A stretch of 64,000 nucleotides of DNA from an uncultured Thermodesulfobacteriota bacterium (GTDB taxonomy: Bacteria; Desulfobacterota; JAFDED01). Within the stretch, counting starts at the first letter, position 1; the number at the start of each line of letters is the position of its first letter. Positions 38,752 to 48,638 of this stretch are shown here, piece after piece. The notes under the pieces are model-generated. The model saw only the letters and a list, made by a program, of their open reading frames with translations, was not told the DNA's origin and did not search any database. Where the stretch lies: positions 25,922 to 89,921 of the forward strand of contig CAZTAS010000001.1 in NCBI GenBank assembly GCA_964611635.1, given 5' to 3'. A program made the translations under genes and the position numbers.

Positions 38752-40455
38752 ATGAAAGGTGGAAAACCCATGAAAAGTATAAACGTGAAACGCGTTGTAG
38801 CAATTACATTGCTCATACTAGCCCTGGGTTCAATCCGCGCGTTGCAGGTCAATGCAGCGCCAGAAATAGTTGAGGTCCTTTCCCGAGTGGCAGAGGTCAC
38901 GGTCTATCCGGACCGCGCCATCGTCACACGAATCGCCCGGATGCCATTGAAACAGGGACCTTCACAGGTTGCCTTTACAGGTCTTCCTGCCATTATGGTT
39001 GACAATTCAGTACGTGTATCAGGCAGCGGAGATGTTTCCGTGCGGCTATTCGGAACAGAAGTGAAGCGAGTTTTTCTGAAGCAAGAGACAGAGAGCCGTG
39101 TGGTAGAGCTTAAAGGCAGGCTAGAAGAGTTCAGGAACCGCGAGCAAAGCCTGAAAGATCGTGAAGATATACTTCTCGCCCGGGAGAAATTCCTAGATTC
39201 CATCCAAATACACGCAGCCGACCAGGCATCACGAGAATTGAAGATGCAAAAAATGGACTCTAATGTTTGGAAAGAAGCAATTCAATTTATATTCACAGAT
39301 AAAGAAAGCACGCGCAGAGCTAACCGGGAGGCTCAACGTGAGCGGAAGGAGATCGTAAAGGAGATCGAGCGTCTCAGGAAGGAGCTGAACCAAATCCAGG
39401 CTCTTCGGCCCTTGGAAAAGAAGACTGTGTTTATCGATCTGGAGGCAGAAGCTGCCGGCAGTGTGGAGCTTTCGGTCTCATATATGGTAAATGGGGCACG
39501 ATGGGGCACGATGTATGACGCCCGATTCGATCCAGAAAAAGAAACTCTGAGACTGATCCAGTATGGAATGGTGCAACAGAACACCGGTGAGGATTGGAAA
39601 GATGTGGTTTTATTTCTTTCGACAGCTCAGCCTGCACTAGGCGCCAGCGCGCCGAAATTGAGACCCTGGTATCTCCGGGTCTATAGCCCCCCACCAGTAA
39701 TCTCTAGACGAGAGAAAGCGCCTGCCTTGGCTCCATCAGTAGTGCCCAAAGCAATGAAACCAGAAATAGAGGAGATGAAGGCCGGTGACCTAGAAATGGA
39801 AGCTATAACCGAAACAGCCGAGGTTTTTCCACGAGGAACATCCATGATATTTAGAGTTCCCAAAAAGGAGAACATCGCTGGCAATGGTCAGTCCCATAAG
39901 ACTACCATAGCCGTAAAAGAGTTCAAGCCAAGCCTGGAATATCACACAGTGCCTAAACTTTCTGCTCACGCTTTTCTGAAAGCAACCGTTACAAACTCCA
40001 CTGGCATCCTTTTTCTGCGCGGCCTTGTTAATGTCTTTTCTGGTCCGGATTATGTGGGAAGTACCCGCCTCCCACTGGTTGCCCCGGATGAGAAGCTTGA
40101 GCTCCAATTGGGGGTCGATGAACGCATCAAAGTCAGCAGGGAGTTGATAACGCACTCGAGGAAAGATGAGGGAGTATTCAAGAAAAATCGGAAGCTTATT
40201 TATGGATATTTGATCAAGTTGGAGAACTATACGACCAAGACCCAGACCATTTACGTCCAAGATCAGTTACCCGTATCCCAGGACGAAAAAATCAAAGTCG
40301 AACGACTTGCTTTAGAACCCGATCCTTTGCCTGAAAAACCGGAGGATAAAGGGATTTTGGCTTGGAAGGTACACCTTAAGCCACGAGAAAAATCGCAAAT
40401 CCTTATCGATTTCAGCGTAGAGTTTCCACCGGATATTGTAGTACAGGGAATTTGA
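38752..40455 (+). CDS. Secreted DUF4140/DUF4139 (TIGR02231, MuiA-like) protein
   Basis: Signal peptide VVAITLLILALGSIRALQVNAAPE. The N-terminal VTVYPDRAIVTR block is followed by a central coiled coil (ELKGRLEEFRNREQSLKDRED...) and GARWGTMYDARFD. Confidence 0.7.
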   Translation: MKGGKPMKSINVKRVVAITLLILALGSIRALQVNAAPEIVEVLSRVAEVTVYPDRAIVTRIARMPLKQGPSQVAFTGLPAIMVDNSVRVSGSGDVSVRLFGTEVKRVFLKQETESRVVELKGRLEEFRNREQSLKDREDILLAREKFLDSIQIHAADQASRELKMQKMDSNVWKEAIQFIFTDKESTRRANREAQRERKEIVKEIERLRKELNQIQALRPLEKKTVFIDLEAEAAGSVELSVSYMVNGARWGTMYDARFDPEKETLRLIQYGMVQQNTGEDWKDVVLFLSTAQPALGASAPKLRPWYLRVYSPPPVISRREKAPALAPSVVPKAMKPEIEEMKAGDLEMEAITETAEVFPRGTSMIFRVPKKENIAGNGQSHKTTIAVKEFKPSLEYHTVPKLSAHAFLKATVTNSTGILFLRGLVNVFSGPDYVGSTRLPLVAPDEKLELQLGVDERIKVSRELITHSRKDEGVFKKNRKLIYGYLIKLENYTTKTQTIYVQDQLPVSQDEKIKVERLALEPDPLPEKPEDKGILAWKVHLKPREKSQILIDFSVEFPPDIVVQGI

Positions 40456-40607
40456 TGCGCTGCTCAACCATAATATTCTCATAATCAATAAAGCACATTT
40501 AATGTTTGCATTTTTCAAAGCAAATGGGTCTATTATCTGAATAACATATATTATATAATGGTATTTTCTCACAAAGGATCTATCGTTTCAGCAAGACATC
40601 ATGTACT

Positions 40608-41738
40608 ATGTCCCATGTTGACCTTACCATGGAGGACAAGATGAAAAAGGCCCCCGTTGCTGTAATCCGCAGCAACCCGGAAACCGTTCTTGAGGATATT
40701 AGCCGGTTGATGGAAATGGCAGGTTTTCGACAAGCACTGGATCCCACTAGCCCCACGATTCTTAAGGACAATATCTCATGGCACTTCCCTTACCTGGGCG
40801 CCAATACTACACCTTGGCAGTTGGAGGGAGTGATCCAAACTTTCCAGGATGCCGGATACGGAGACATTGTGGCTGTTGAGAACGATACTGTCGTGACAAA
40901 TGCCTTCAAGGGCGATCGGCTCAATAAATATGGCCCCATTTATGCTCGATATCATGTCCCTGTCAAGTATAACTTTCGTCCGGAAGACATTCGTTGGATC
41001 CGTTATGAGCCGCGTTCCGAAATGAAGGCCCTCCCTCTGATTTACCCGGAAGGTATTTATATCCCTGAATTTTTCATGGGGAAGAATATAGTGCACCTTC
41101 CCACTATGAAATGTCATATTTATACCACCACCACCGGTGCCATGAAGAATGCGTTCGGTGGATTGCTGAACAAACGACGGCATTACACCCATAGCGTCAT
41201 CCACGAGACGCTGGTGGATCTGCTGGCTATTCAGAAAGAAATACACGCTGGCATATTCGCTGTCATGGATGGGACTATTTGCGGTTGCGGCCCTGGGCCA
41301 AGGACCATGATCCCTGTGGAGAAAAATTATCTCCTGGCCTCGGCTGACTGCGTTGCCATCGACGCTGTAGCTGCCCACATGATGGGTTTCGATCCCATGG
41401 AGATAGGATATATCCGTATGGCCCACGAAAAGGGCCTTGGAATAGGCCGTTTTGGAGAGATAGAGATAGTGGGGGAAGATGTATCCAGCGTGAATTTCGG
41501 ATTTCATGTGGGTGATAACCTGGCAAGTCGAGCAGGCGATCTCCTGTGGTTCAGTCCATTAAAGAAAATCCAGAAGATATTCTTCCACACGCCGCTGGTT
41601 TATTTATTTGTCTTCGGTTCATACATCTATCACGACTTCATATGGTGGCCCTTAAAAGGCAAAAGAATAATGGCCCAATTAAGGGAAACCTCCCAGTGGG
41701 CCCGATTGTTCGACCGATATCCGAAAGATATCCAGTAG
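40608..41738 (+). CDS. DUF362 domain-containing protein with a hydrophobic C-terminal tail
   Basis: IVHLPTMKCHIYTTTTGAMKNAFGGLL and ASADCVAIDAVAAHMMGFDP blocks are typical of DUF362. The last ~60 aa (PLVYLFVFGSYIYHDFIWWPL) look membrane-associated. Confidence 0.65.
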   Translation: MSHVDLTMEDKMKKAPVAVIRSNPETVLEDISRLMEMAGFRQALDPTSPTILKDNISWHFPYLGANTTPWQLEGVIQTFQDAGYGDIVAVENDTVVTNAFKGDRLNKYGPIYARYHVPVKYNFRPEDIRWIRYEPRSEMKALPLIYPEGIYIPEFFMGKNIVHLPTMKCHIYTTTTGAMKNAFGGLLNKRRHYTHSVIHETLVDLLAIQKEIHAGIFAVMDGTICGCGPGPRTMIPVEKNYLLASADCVAIDAVAAHMMGFDPMEIGYIRMAHEKGLGIGRFGEIEIVGEDVSSVNFGFHVGDNLASRAGDLLWFSPLKKIQKIFFHTPLVYLFVFGSYIYHDFIWWPLKGKRIMAQLRETSQWARLFDRYPKDIQ

Positions 41739-41822
41739 AGTGAGCTACTCCACGAGTTTCTCCCTCTGGCAAATGGAGAAAGCAAAAAGGGTATAATCTT
41801 GAAATAAGCACCCGTACGGATG

Positions 41823-42674
41823 TTATACTGGCACGGGGTGCATATAACCGAATTTCCTCAAACGAGCTGATACAGCCTTTGCTGTGGGGATTCCCTTTAT
41901 TCCATGGGCCTCAACCGCAAGGGATGCTGTGCAACTGGCTATCATGGCCGCCTTGCTCCAGTCTCCTGAACGATAATAGGCCACCATAAAGGCCGCCCCG
42001 AAAACGTCTCCAGCACCTGTGGGATCGATTTCCAGGGCACTATATGCCGGGATGTAATAACTGCGTTTTTTTAAAAACAAGGTGGCGCCTCTTGACCCCC
42101 GGGTAAGAAAGACCATGGGAACCACACGGCGACATTCCTCCACAATATTTTCCATCCCCACGATGTCTTCTTCGCTCATGATCACCATCTGAAAATGAAG
42201 CAAGAGCGATGCCCCATTCTCCCAGCGGACGGGCCAAACCCTCCCCTCATCATCCCAGGTTCGTAGCCAACCCTGTAGGCCAGCTCCCGCCAGGGTTGGT
42301 TGTAGCCTGTGGATCAGCTCAGGCCCAATCTCTCTGGCCACAGGACAAAAATATACCACAGGGATATTTACCCACTCAGCGGAAATCGACTCGACTCCGA
42401 TGTGATCTGCCACAGCTTGAATCTGCTGAAAGCGGGACCCATCATAACGATTGATAAAACAGGTGGTGTGAGCGCTTTTAGTGTATCGGTATTGAAATCC
42501 TGAGAACACCTTCCCGCAAGGAAAATCATCACCCAAAGAGGTAAGGATTCCCGAAGGCATCCTCAATTGCGATGCTGTGATGGCGGCATATAATGCCGAA
42601 CCGCCAGGGGTTATTCCCGTCTCCAGTTGATCCAGTGTGACGTGGCCTACTGCTAAAAATTCAGGTAATTTCAT
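41823..42674 (-). CDS. PfkB-family carbohydrate/nucleoside kinase
   Basis: N-terminal GHVTLD..GGSALYAA and the C-terminal anion hole DPTGAGDVFGAAF are present. Confidence 0.8.
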   Translation of the reverse strand: MKLPEFLAVGHVTLDQLETGITPGGSALYAAITASQLRMPSGILTSLGDDFPCGKVFSGFQYRYTKSAHTTCFINRYDGSRFQQIQAVADHIGVESISAEWVNIPVVYFCPVAREIGPELIHRLQPTLAGAGLQGWLRTWDDEGRVWPVRWENGASLLLHFQMVIMSEEDIVGMENIVEECRRVVPMVFLTRGSRGATLFLKKRSYYIPAYSALEIDPTGAGDVFGAAFMVAYYRSGDWSKAAMIASCTASLAVEAHGIKGIPTAKAVSARLRKFGYMHPVPV

Positions 42675-42820
42675 TACAAACCCGCGGCCGCGCTCATTAG
42701 CAATTGGCCCTCAAGCATGTTAAAACGCGCTGCATCCTGCCTAAAAGTATAACAAAGACCGATCCTCGTATGCGCCCATTAGATGCTATCTTCCAGGTCA
42801 GCGGAGAAATATTCTGCTCT

Positions 42821-44302
42821 TTAATGCATGAATCTTGTCGCGCGACCAGAGATGATGTCCGCAACAAAGCATCCGGTTATCACTTTGCCATCTGCACCCA
42901 TGCCCGGCAAAACTTCATCTGCTGTGAGAAAAATGTTGGGATACGGGGTTGAATTTAGAAGTAATGACAAGCCCATCAAGGGAGTAAAGCCGGATTCAAA
43001 GAGCCACGATTGGTCAGGACATCTACTGGCCTCGCTAGGGTCCATAGAAGGAAAGATGCTGTGGCTTATATGCACAAGATTTTTCTCGAAAAAGGGGATT
43101 AATGACTTGATTTGCTCCAGAATTTGGTTGCTCAATTCGGCCATCCATTCTGCATTCAGGTGATGCGGTGTTAGCGGAATGCGAGATGTAACTGTTAAGA
43201 TTCGGGTGCTAAAGGGATCGGCGATGGGATCATCATGTGGCCCAAGTACCAATGAGAAAAAGTTGTCGCCAAGCAATGGCTTTTCGGGGTCTGCTATGAA
43301 CAAGGCATTTTCTCCCATACCCACAGGAACAACATTACGCCGTAAGTGGAAATGCAGCCGAAAAAGAAATCCTGAAGCTTGAATTCCTTCTAGACGCCTG
43401 GAATATTCATGATCTCTCATATCTTCAGGCAGCATCTCATTAAACCAGCGCATATCCGTATTCACCAACAGATGATGGCAGAGATATGGTTGATATTTAT
43501 CCTCCAGATGAATAGCCAAAACACTTGTCGAAGCCCTGTGAATTCTACGAATAGTAGTATCAGGGATTATAACGCCTCCGCGGTCCAAGATGAACGATTT
43601 TAGCACCGAAGCCAATGAAGGCCGTTCGAAGCATAGTACTTGGCCCCCTTCCTTAAAAACACTGAGACAATGGGCGGCTGAGGTGAGGGTTGGATTGGAG
43701 GAATAAAGGCGAGAAAACGCCATGATTTGAGATAATAGCACCGCTCGGAACAAGGGGCTAAACTGATAGCGATCAAGGAGCTCCACGAAGAGCTCGCGGC
43801 CGGACCTATGTAACGGGATTAAGCTTAGTGACTGGAAACTCTTTTTGATCAGGCCTTTCAATCCGCGCGGCCGATGTGGGGACCGGAGAAGAAAGTATTG
43901 GCGCAAAGCCTTTTTCACTCTATTAAGGGTCTTGAAGAGGCTATGGATCTGCTTCGGGTCTTCATTAAACTCTTCTGCAAGGTGCCCTAGGGGGTCTGGA
44001 TCCCCGCTATCTATATTAACCCGGAGTTGTGGCGTAATGATTTGAAACGATGGGACCACTGGTTTCACAAGACGAGTCCGCCCCGGAAGTGCGGCCAATT
44101 CTTCCAGGGCATTATTCAAGAAGAATTTACCTCCCAGATTTGTAAATACCCGCTCATATGGATCTGTTTCCCAATTGTCCTCTTCTTTTCTCTCGGGCAC
44201 GGCTAAAAGCATCGCTCTTTTTCCCCGTTTGACAAGGAGAGCGGCTGCCAACAAGCCGCCTAAATGCGGTCCTACCACGATGATATCAAAAAAATCATCC
44301 AT
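42821..44302 (-). CDS. NAD(P)/FAD-binding oxidoreductase (phytoene-desaturase-like family), with an atypical dinucleotide motif
   Basis: The N-terminus is DIIVVGPHLGGLLAAALLVKRGKRAMLL. The C-terminus (LTADEVLPGMGADG) resembles the CrtI/amine-oxidase tail. Substrate is unknown. Confidence 0.5.
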   Translation of the reverse strand: MDDFFDIIVVGPHLGGLLAAALLVKRGKRAMLLAVPERKEEDNWETDPYERVFTNLGGKFFLNNALEELAALPGRTRLVKPVVPSFQIITPQLRVNIDSGDPDPLGHLAEEFNEDPKQIHSLFKTLNRVKKALRQYFLLRSPHRPRGLKGLIKKSFQSLSLIPLHRSGRELFVELLDRYQFSPLFRAVLLSQIMAFSRLYSSNPTLTSAAHCLSVFKEGGQVLCFERPSLASVLKSFILDRGGVIIPDTTIRRIHRASTSVLAIHLEDKYQPYLCHHLLVNTDMRWFNEMLPEDMRDHEYSRRLEGIQASGFLFRLHFHLRRNVVPVGMGENALFIADPEKPLLGDNFFSLVLGPHDDPIADPFSTRILTVTSRIPLTPHHLNAEWMAELSNQILEQIKSLIPFFEKNLVHISHSIFPSMDPSEASRCPDQSWLFESGFTPLMGLSLLLNSTPYPNIFLTADEVLPGMGADGKVITGCFVADIISGRATRFMH

Positions 44303-44564
44303 CAGGGTTTATATGAGGGGTTCTGATCTCACCACTTATGCTTGTGTTTTCTGTCTATAGAGCTTTCAGATGCACTTATAGAAAACTTTTTCCATTCAAG
44401 CGGCAGCGTTCCTAGATTTATAAGTTGAAAGTAGAATTACGTAAAACCTTCCAGAGGTCTTGGACCAACACTCTCCAGCGTCATCAACTTTTCGCATACC
44501 CCCTTGTACCATTGGGCGCTTTTTCGGTAACTAACGCTGCTGGGAAGCGGCCCACCCGAACTAT

Positions 44565-44587
44565 AAAAAAACAACCCAGCGACGGGC
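44565..44587 (-). terminator. Possible weak intrinsic terminator downstream of purN
   Basis: The minus-strand reads GCCCGTCGCTGGGT followed by TGTTTTTTTATAG. The stem is only about 5 bp with two G-U pairs. The 7-T run about 45 nt after the purN stop is the main support. Confidence 0.3.
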
Positions 44588-44629
44588 ATGAACTCCTAAC
44601 CACCACGGATGCGCAGCCAATAGTTTAAA

Positions 44630-45304
44630 TCAATCTTCGGATAGATCCAAAACATAGGGAGGGTTAATAAGGCTCACCGCTGGGGTGGAAGGATGATCTC
44701 GGATTCGTACACGGCGTCCGGAGATCTCCAGTTTCCCCTGTGCGATAAGTTGGATGGCCTGGGGGTATATTTTGTGTTCCTCTTGGAGGATTCGTTCAGC
44801 TAAGGTTTCGGCTGTATCCTCCTGCTTTATAGGCACTAATGCCTGGATTATTATAGGACCGGTATCTACTCCCTCGTCAACAAAATGTACTGTACATCCG
44901 CTGAATCGAACACCATAATCCAGGGCTTGTTGCTGAACATGGGTTCCTGGAAATGCAGGGAGAAGCGCTGGATGGATGTTCACAATTTTCATATGAAACT
45001 CCCGGATGAAGTGCTCTGTTAGCACCCGCATAAACCCAGCCAAAACCACCAGTTCAACATCGTATCCGTGCAGGATCCGTATTAGCTCTTTTTCAAATTC
45101 CAGGCGGGTGGGAAACTCACGGTGATCCACGACGACAGATGGGATGTGGTGACGTTCTGCTCGCTTTAGTGCAAAAACTTCATGAACGTTGCTGATAACC
45201 ACCCGTATCTCGGCATCTATTGCCCTCCGTTCCGCGTGCTCTATAATGGATTGAAGGTTAGTTCCTCCCCCAGAAACCAGGACACCCAGCTGAATTTTTT
45301 TCAA
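44630..45304 (-). CDS. purN: Phosphoribosylglycinamide formyltransferase
   Basis: VLVSGGGTNLQSII and NIHPALLPAFPG are present. I favour the TTG at 45304, which overlaps the purM TGA (TTGA) and gives MKKIQLGVLVSGGG. The ORF maximum extends to an ATG at 45325. Confidence 0.9.
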   Translation of the reverse strand: MKKIQLGVLVSGGGTNLQSIIEHAERRAIDAEIRVVISNVHEVFALKRAERHHIPSVVVDHREFPTRLEFEKELIRILHGYDVELVVLAGFMRVLTEHFIREFHMKIVNIHPALLPAFPGTHVQQQALDYGVRFSGCTVHFVDEGVDTGPIIIQALVPIKQEDTAETLAERILQEEHKIYPQAIQLIAQGKLEISGRRVRIRDHPSTPAVSLINPPYVLDLSED

Positions 45305-46371
45305 GCCGCTCCCCCTGTAATGCATGGGGAGAATACCACTTTTGGATCTTCTCCGCTTCTTGCTTCAATCTCGCCGATGATGACGGCATCCAGGTTAAAA
45401 TTCCCAAGCCGAAACACCATTTCCTCCGATTGATCCGGGCTGACCACCAGGACCATCCCTATGCCGTTATTAAAAGTACGGTACATTTCCTTCTTGGATA
45501 GCCCTCCTTTTTGTTGAATGTAATCGAATATGGGAGGAACATCCCAGCTTCCCTCGCGAATGTCAGCCCTGCATCCCTCGGGAAGGATCCGGGAGATTTT
45601 ATGAATAAATCCTCCTCCCGTAATGTGGGCAATTCCTTTTACGTGAAACTCTTGTATCATTTTCAGTACCGGTTTAACGTAAATCCTGGTGGGTTCCAGC
45701 AACTCCTCTCCCAGGATACGCCCGAGCGATGAAATATAGCGCTTGAGTGAAATGCGCTTGGTCCTCAGAATATGGCGAACCAGGGTGTACCCGTTGGAAT
45801 GCAAGCCGCTTGAGGCAAGCCCTACTAAATGGTCTCCCAGATTTATGGATGACCCGTCTATCATATTATTTCGCTCCATCACTCCGACAGCAAACCCTGC
45901 AAGATCATACTCGGACGGAGCATACATTCCCGGCATCTCGGCCGTCTCGCCCCCAATCAGTGAGCAGCCTGCCTCGCGACACCCAACCACCACGCCTTCA
46001 ATAATAGACCTTGCGCTTTCAACGCTCAATTTCCCTACCGAAAGATAATCCAGAAAAAATAAAGGCTCAGCCCCTTGAGAAATCAGGTCATTCCCGCACA
46101 TGGCCACCAGATCGATACCAATGGTATTATGACGCCTTAAAGCCATGGCGATTTTTAGCTTTGTGCCAACACCATCTGTGGTTCCGACCAGAACAGGGTC
46201 CTGATACTTTGCTGTATTGAGCCCAAACAGTCCACCAAAACCTCCAAATGACCCCAGCACCTCCGGTCGATAAGTAGAACGAACCAAGGGTTCGATAACC
46301 TTGACAAGCAAGTTGCCTTTATCTATATCTACCCCTGCTTTTTTGTATGTCAATCTTTTTTTCTCTGCCAT
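45301..46371 (-). CDS. purM: Phosphoribosylformylglycinamidine cyclo-ligase (AIR synthetase)
   Basis: TYKKAGVDID, GTTDGVGTKLKIA and GGETAEMPG are present. Confidence 0.95.
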   Translation of the reverse strand: MAEKKRLTYKKAGVDIDKGNLLVKVIEPLVRSTYRPEVLGSFGGFGGLFGLNTAKYQDPVLVGTTDGVGTKLKIAMALRRHNTIGIDLVAMCGNDLISQGAEPLFFLDYLSVGKLSVESARSIIEGVVVGCREAGCSLIGGETAEMPGMYAPSEYDLAGFAVGVMERNNMIDGSSINLGDHLVGLASSGLHSNGYTLVRHILRTKRISLKRYISSLGRILGEELLEPTRIYVKPVLKMIQEFHVKGIAHITGGGFIHKISRILPEGCRADIREGSWDVPPIFDYIQQKGGLSKKEMYRTFNNGIGMVLVVSPDQSEEMVFRLGNFNLDAVIIGEIEARSGEDPKVVFSPCITGGAA

Positions 46372-46678
46372 CTCTCGCAGGCCTTTTGCGAAATTACCGC
46401 GTATCTATATCTTATTGAAAATAATAAGCCAATTTTATTCTATAAACCTATCATCCCATACATCAAAGCCGTTTAAAAGTCAATCAATAATCTTCTACTG
46501 GCAATTAATTGATCGAACGCGAAGGATGATAATCCATAAAAAAATTAATGAATGTAAATACTCCTTGATTGAATAATTTTATAATATTTGATAAATTAAT
46601 TATTAAATTGTTTTCGTTAAAATTTCTAACCATTGGAGAACTTAGGTTCAGGCGGCATATCTGAGGGAGGAAATTTTT

Positions 46679-48637
46679 ATGAAAGAGGATCTGATCGAGC
46701 TAATTCATTGCACCGATATGGACTTATCTCCTTTTCAAGCTGATTTTCATATGGAAAAGATTCATCTCACTGATATTGATGATCTTGATAACGATATCTT
46801 TCAAGATACTGGCCGGTTGAAGATCTTGTTGGTCGACGAGTCCAAGGCAAAGTCATTGGGTAAAAACGGTTTGCGTGAGCACGTTGAGCACTCACAACCC
46901 ATGGTGGTGTTGGGGATTGGAGATGAAGAGCGCTTCTCAGAACATAATCTCGGGGAACATCTTTTTTGCTGTATGAAGGTTCCGCTGCAACATGAGGAGT
47001 TCTATCGGTCTTTTCGAGGAGCAGGGTTAGTTCTGCGTGAACGCAGAAAAAGAATGCAATTGGAGAGGTCCTTGGATGATCGGACGAAAGAAATGACGGA
47101 AGTGAACAAAATCGGGATCGCCCTCTCAGCGGAGAGAGACCACGATCGGCTTCTTGAAATGATCTTATTAAAAAGCCGAGAGATCACCAATGCCGATGCT
47201 GGCAGCCTGTATTTGGTAGAAACCAAACCCACAGGTGAGAAACACCTTAGGTTCAAGCTTTCTCAGAACGACTCGGTAGAGTTCAATTTTTCTGAGTATC
47301 TTCTACCCATCGATAACCGCAGCATGGCCGGTAATGCAGCCATAACAGGAGAAAGCATCAATATAGAGGATGTTTATGACCTTCTTACCCACAATCGCTC
47401 TTTTGATGAAAAGATCGGCTATAGAACAAAATCTGTGCTGACCGTCCCCATGAAAAATCATAAAAATGAGATTATCGGAGTTCTGCAGCTTATAAATTGC
47501 AAGAAAAATAAGGAGACCCGCCTATACCCACCTTCCATTGCCGAGAAAGAGACTATTCCCTTCGATGATCGATGTGCGGAGTTGATCATGTCCCTGGCCA
47601 GCCAGGCTGCCGTTGCAATCGAAAATAATCAACTGTACGAAAACATCCAGCGGCTTTTCGAGGGGTTTGTGACCGCATCCGCGACGGCGATTGAACAGCG
47701 AGATCCCACGACCTCAGGTCATTCCCAGCGTGTGGCCACCCTGACCATCGGGCTGGCGGAGAGCGTAGATCGCATAGAAGATGGTCCTTATCATTTCGTG
47801 AAATTCAGCCGCGATCAGATCAAAGAGTTGCAGTATGCATCCCTTCTCCATGACTTTGGAAAGGTTGGTGTTAGGGAAAACATCTTGGTCAAGGCCAAAA
47901 AGCTTTATCCGGACAAGCTCGAGCTGATCAAGGCACGCTTTAATTTCATTAAAAAGCAAATTGAATCCGAGTATTCCCGGAAAAAAATCGACTATCTGCT
48001 TAAACAGGGTCAGGAAAACTATCTTTCTCACTTCCAGCTTCTGGACCATTACATGAAGGAAGAGTTGGAAGAGGTGAAGAGATACATTCAAATGATTATC
48101 AACATGAATGAACCCATCCCTATGCCCTGGGGCAGCTTCGAGCAGTTGGTGGAGATTGCCACGCGTACCTATCGTGACATTTATGGTCAGATATGCCATT
48201 TTCTTGCGGAAGACGAAGTACGCATTCTGTCCATTCGGAAAGGAAGCCTGGATGATCGAGAAAGGCTTGAGATCGAATCCCATGCTACCCATACATTCCA
48301 TTTCTTGAAGAAAATTCCCTGGATGAATGAGTTTAAGGACATCCCCAGAATTGCTTACGCTCATCATGAAAAGCTAAACGGCAAGGGTTATCCAAACCGC
48401 CTGGTAGCTGAGGAGATACCTATTCAATCTAGAATGATCACCGTATCAGACATTTATGATGCACTTACAGCCTGGGATCGACCGTACAAAAGGTCGGTCT
48501 CCGTGGATAAGGCTTTAGATATCCTAAAAGAGGAGGCAGAAGATGGATTCTTGGACACAGAGCTGATCCGTATTTTTATTGACGCAAAAATCTTTAATCT
48601 GGTGACCAAGGGTGATTGGAGGCCAACCGACCTGTGA
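46679..48637 (+). CDS. GAF domain / HD-GYP domain protein (putative c-di-GMP phosphodiesterase)
   Basis: The GAF region is NADAGSLYLV...VLTVPMKNHKNEIIGVLQLIN. The HD-GYP domain has GHSQRV, LLHDFGK and HHEKLNGKGYPNRL. The N-terminal ~130 aa look like a receiver lacking an obvious acceptor Asp. Confidence 0.8.
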   Translation: MKEDLIELIHCTDMDLSPFQADFHMEKIHLTDIDDLDNDIFQDTGRLKILLVDESKAKSLGKNGLREHVEHSQPMVVLGIGDEERFSEHNLGEHLFCCMKVPLQHEEFYRSFRGAGLVLRERRKRMQLERSLDDRTKEMTEVNKIGIALSAERDHDRLLEMILLKSREITNADAGSLYLVETKPTGEKHLRFKLSQNDSVEFNFSEYLLPIDNRSMAGNAAITGESINIEDVYDLLTHNRSFDEKIGYRTKSVLTVPMKNHKNEIIGVLQLINCKKNKETRLYPPSIAEKETIPFDDRCAELIMSLASQAAVAIENNQLYENIQRLFEGFVTASATAIEQRDPTTSGHSQRVATLTIGLAESVDRIEDGPYHFVKFSRDQIKELQYASLLHDFGKVGVRENILVKAKKLYPDKLELIKARFNFIKKQIESEYSRKKIDYLLKQGQENYLSHFQLLDHYMKEELEEVKRYIQMIINMNEPIPMPWGSFEQLVEIATRTYRDIYGQICHFLAEDEVRILSIRKGSLDDRERLEIESHATHTFHFLKKIPWMNEFKDIPRIAYAHHEKLNGKGYPNRLVAEEIPIQSRMITVSDIYDALTAWDRPYKRSVSVDKALDILKEEAEDGFLDTELIRIFIDAKIFNLVTKGDWRPTDL

Positions 48638-48638
48638 A

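Noticed and set aside
39491-39510. Tandem 10-nt duplication atggggcacg atggggcacg inside the DUF4139 gene, a potential slippage or phase-variation site.
   Set aside because: There are only two copies and the reading frame is intact. The encoded GARWGTMYDARF fits the family's conserved block, so it is probably a coincidental coding repeat rather than a contingency locus.
40776-41507. Long antisense ORFs: 243 aa opposite DUF362, 217 aa at 47714-48367 opposite HD-GYP, 210 aa at 28946-29578 opposite dnaE, and 178 aa at 50748-51284.
   Set aside because: Each is fully embedded opposite a gene with strong family motifs. Their translated sequences have odd composition and no recognisable motifs. They are typical shadow ORFs.
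41829-41842. TGGCACggggTGCA resembling a -24/-12 promoter.
   Set aside because: The GG-to-GC spacing is 2 nt too short, and the motif lies inside the 3' end of the PfkB kinase gene.
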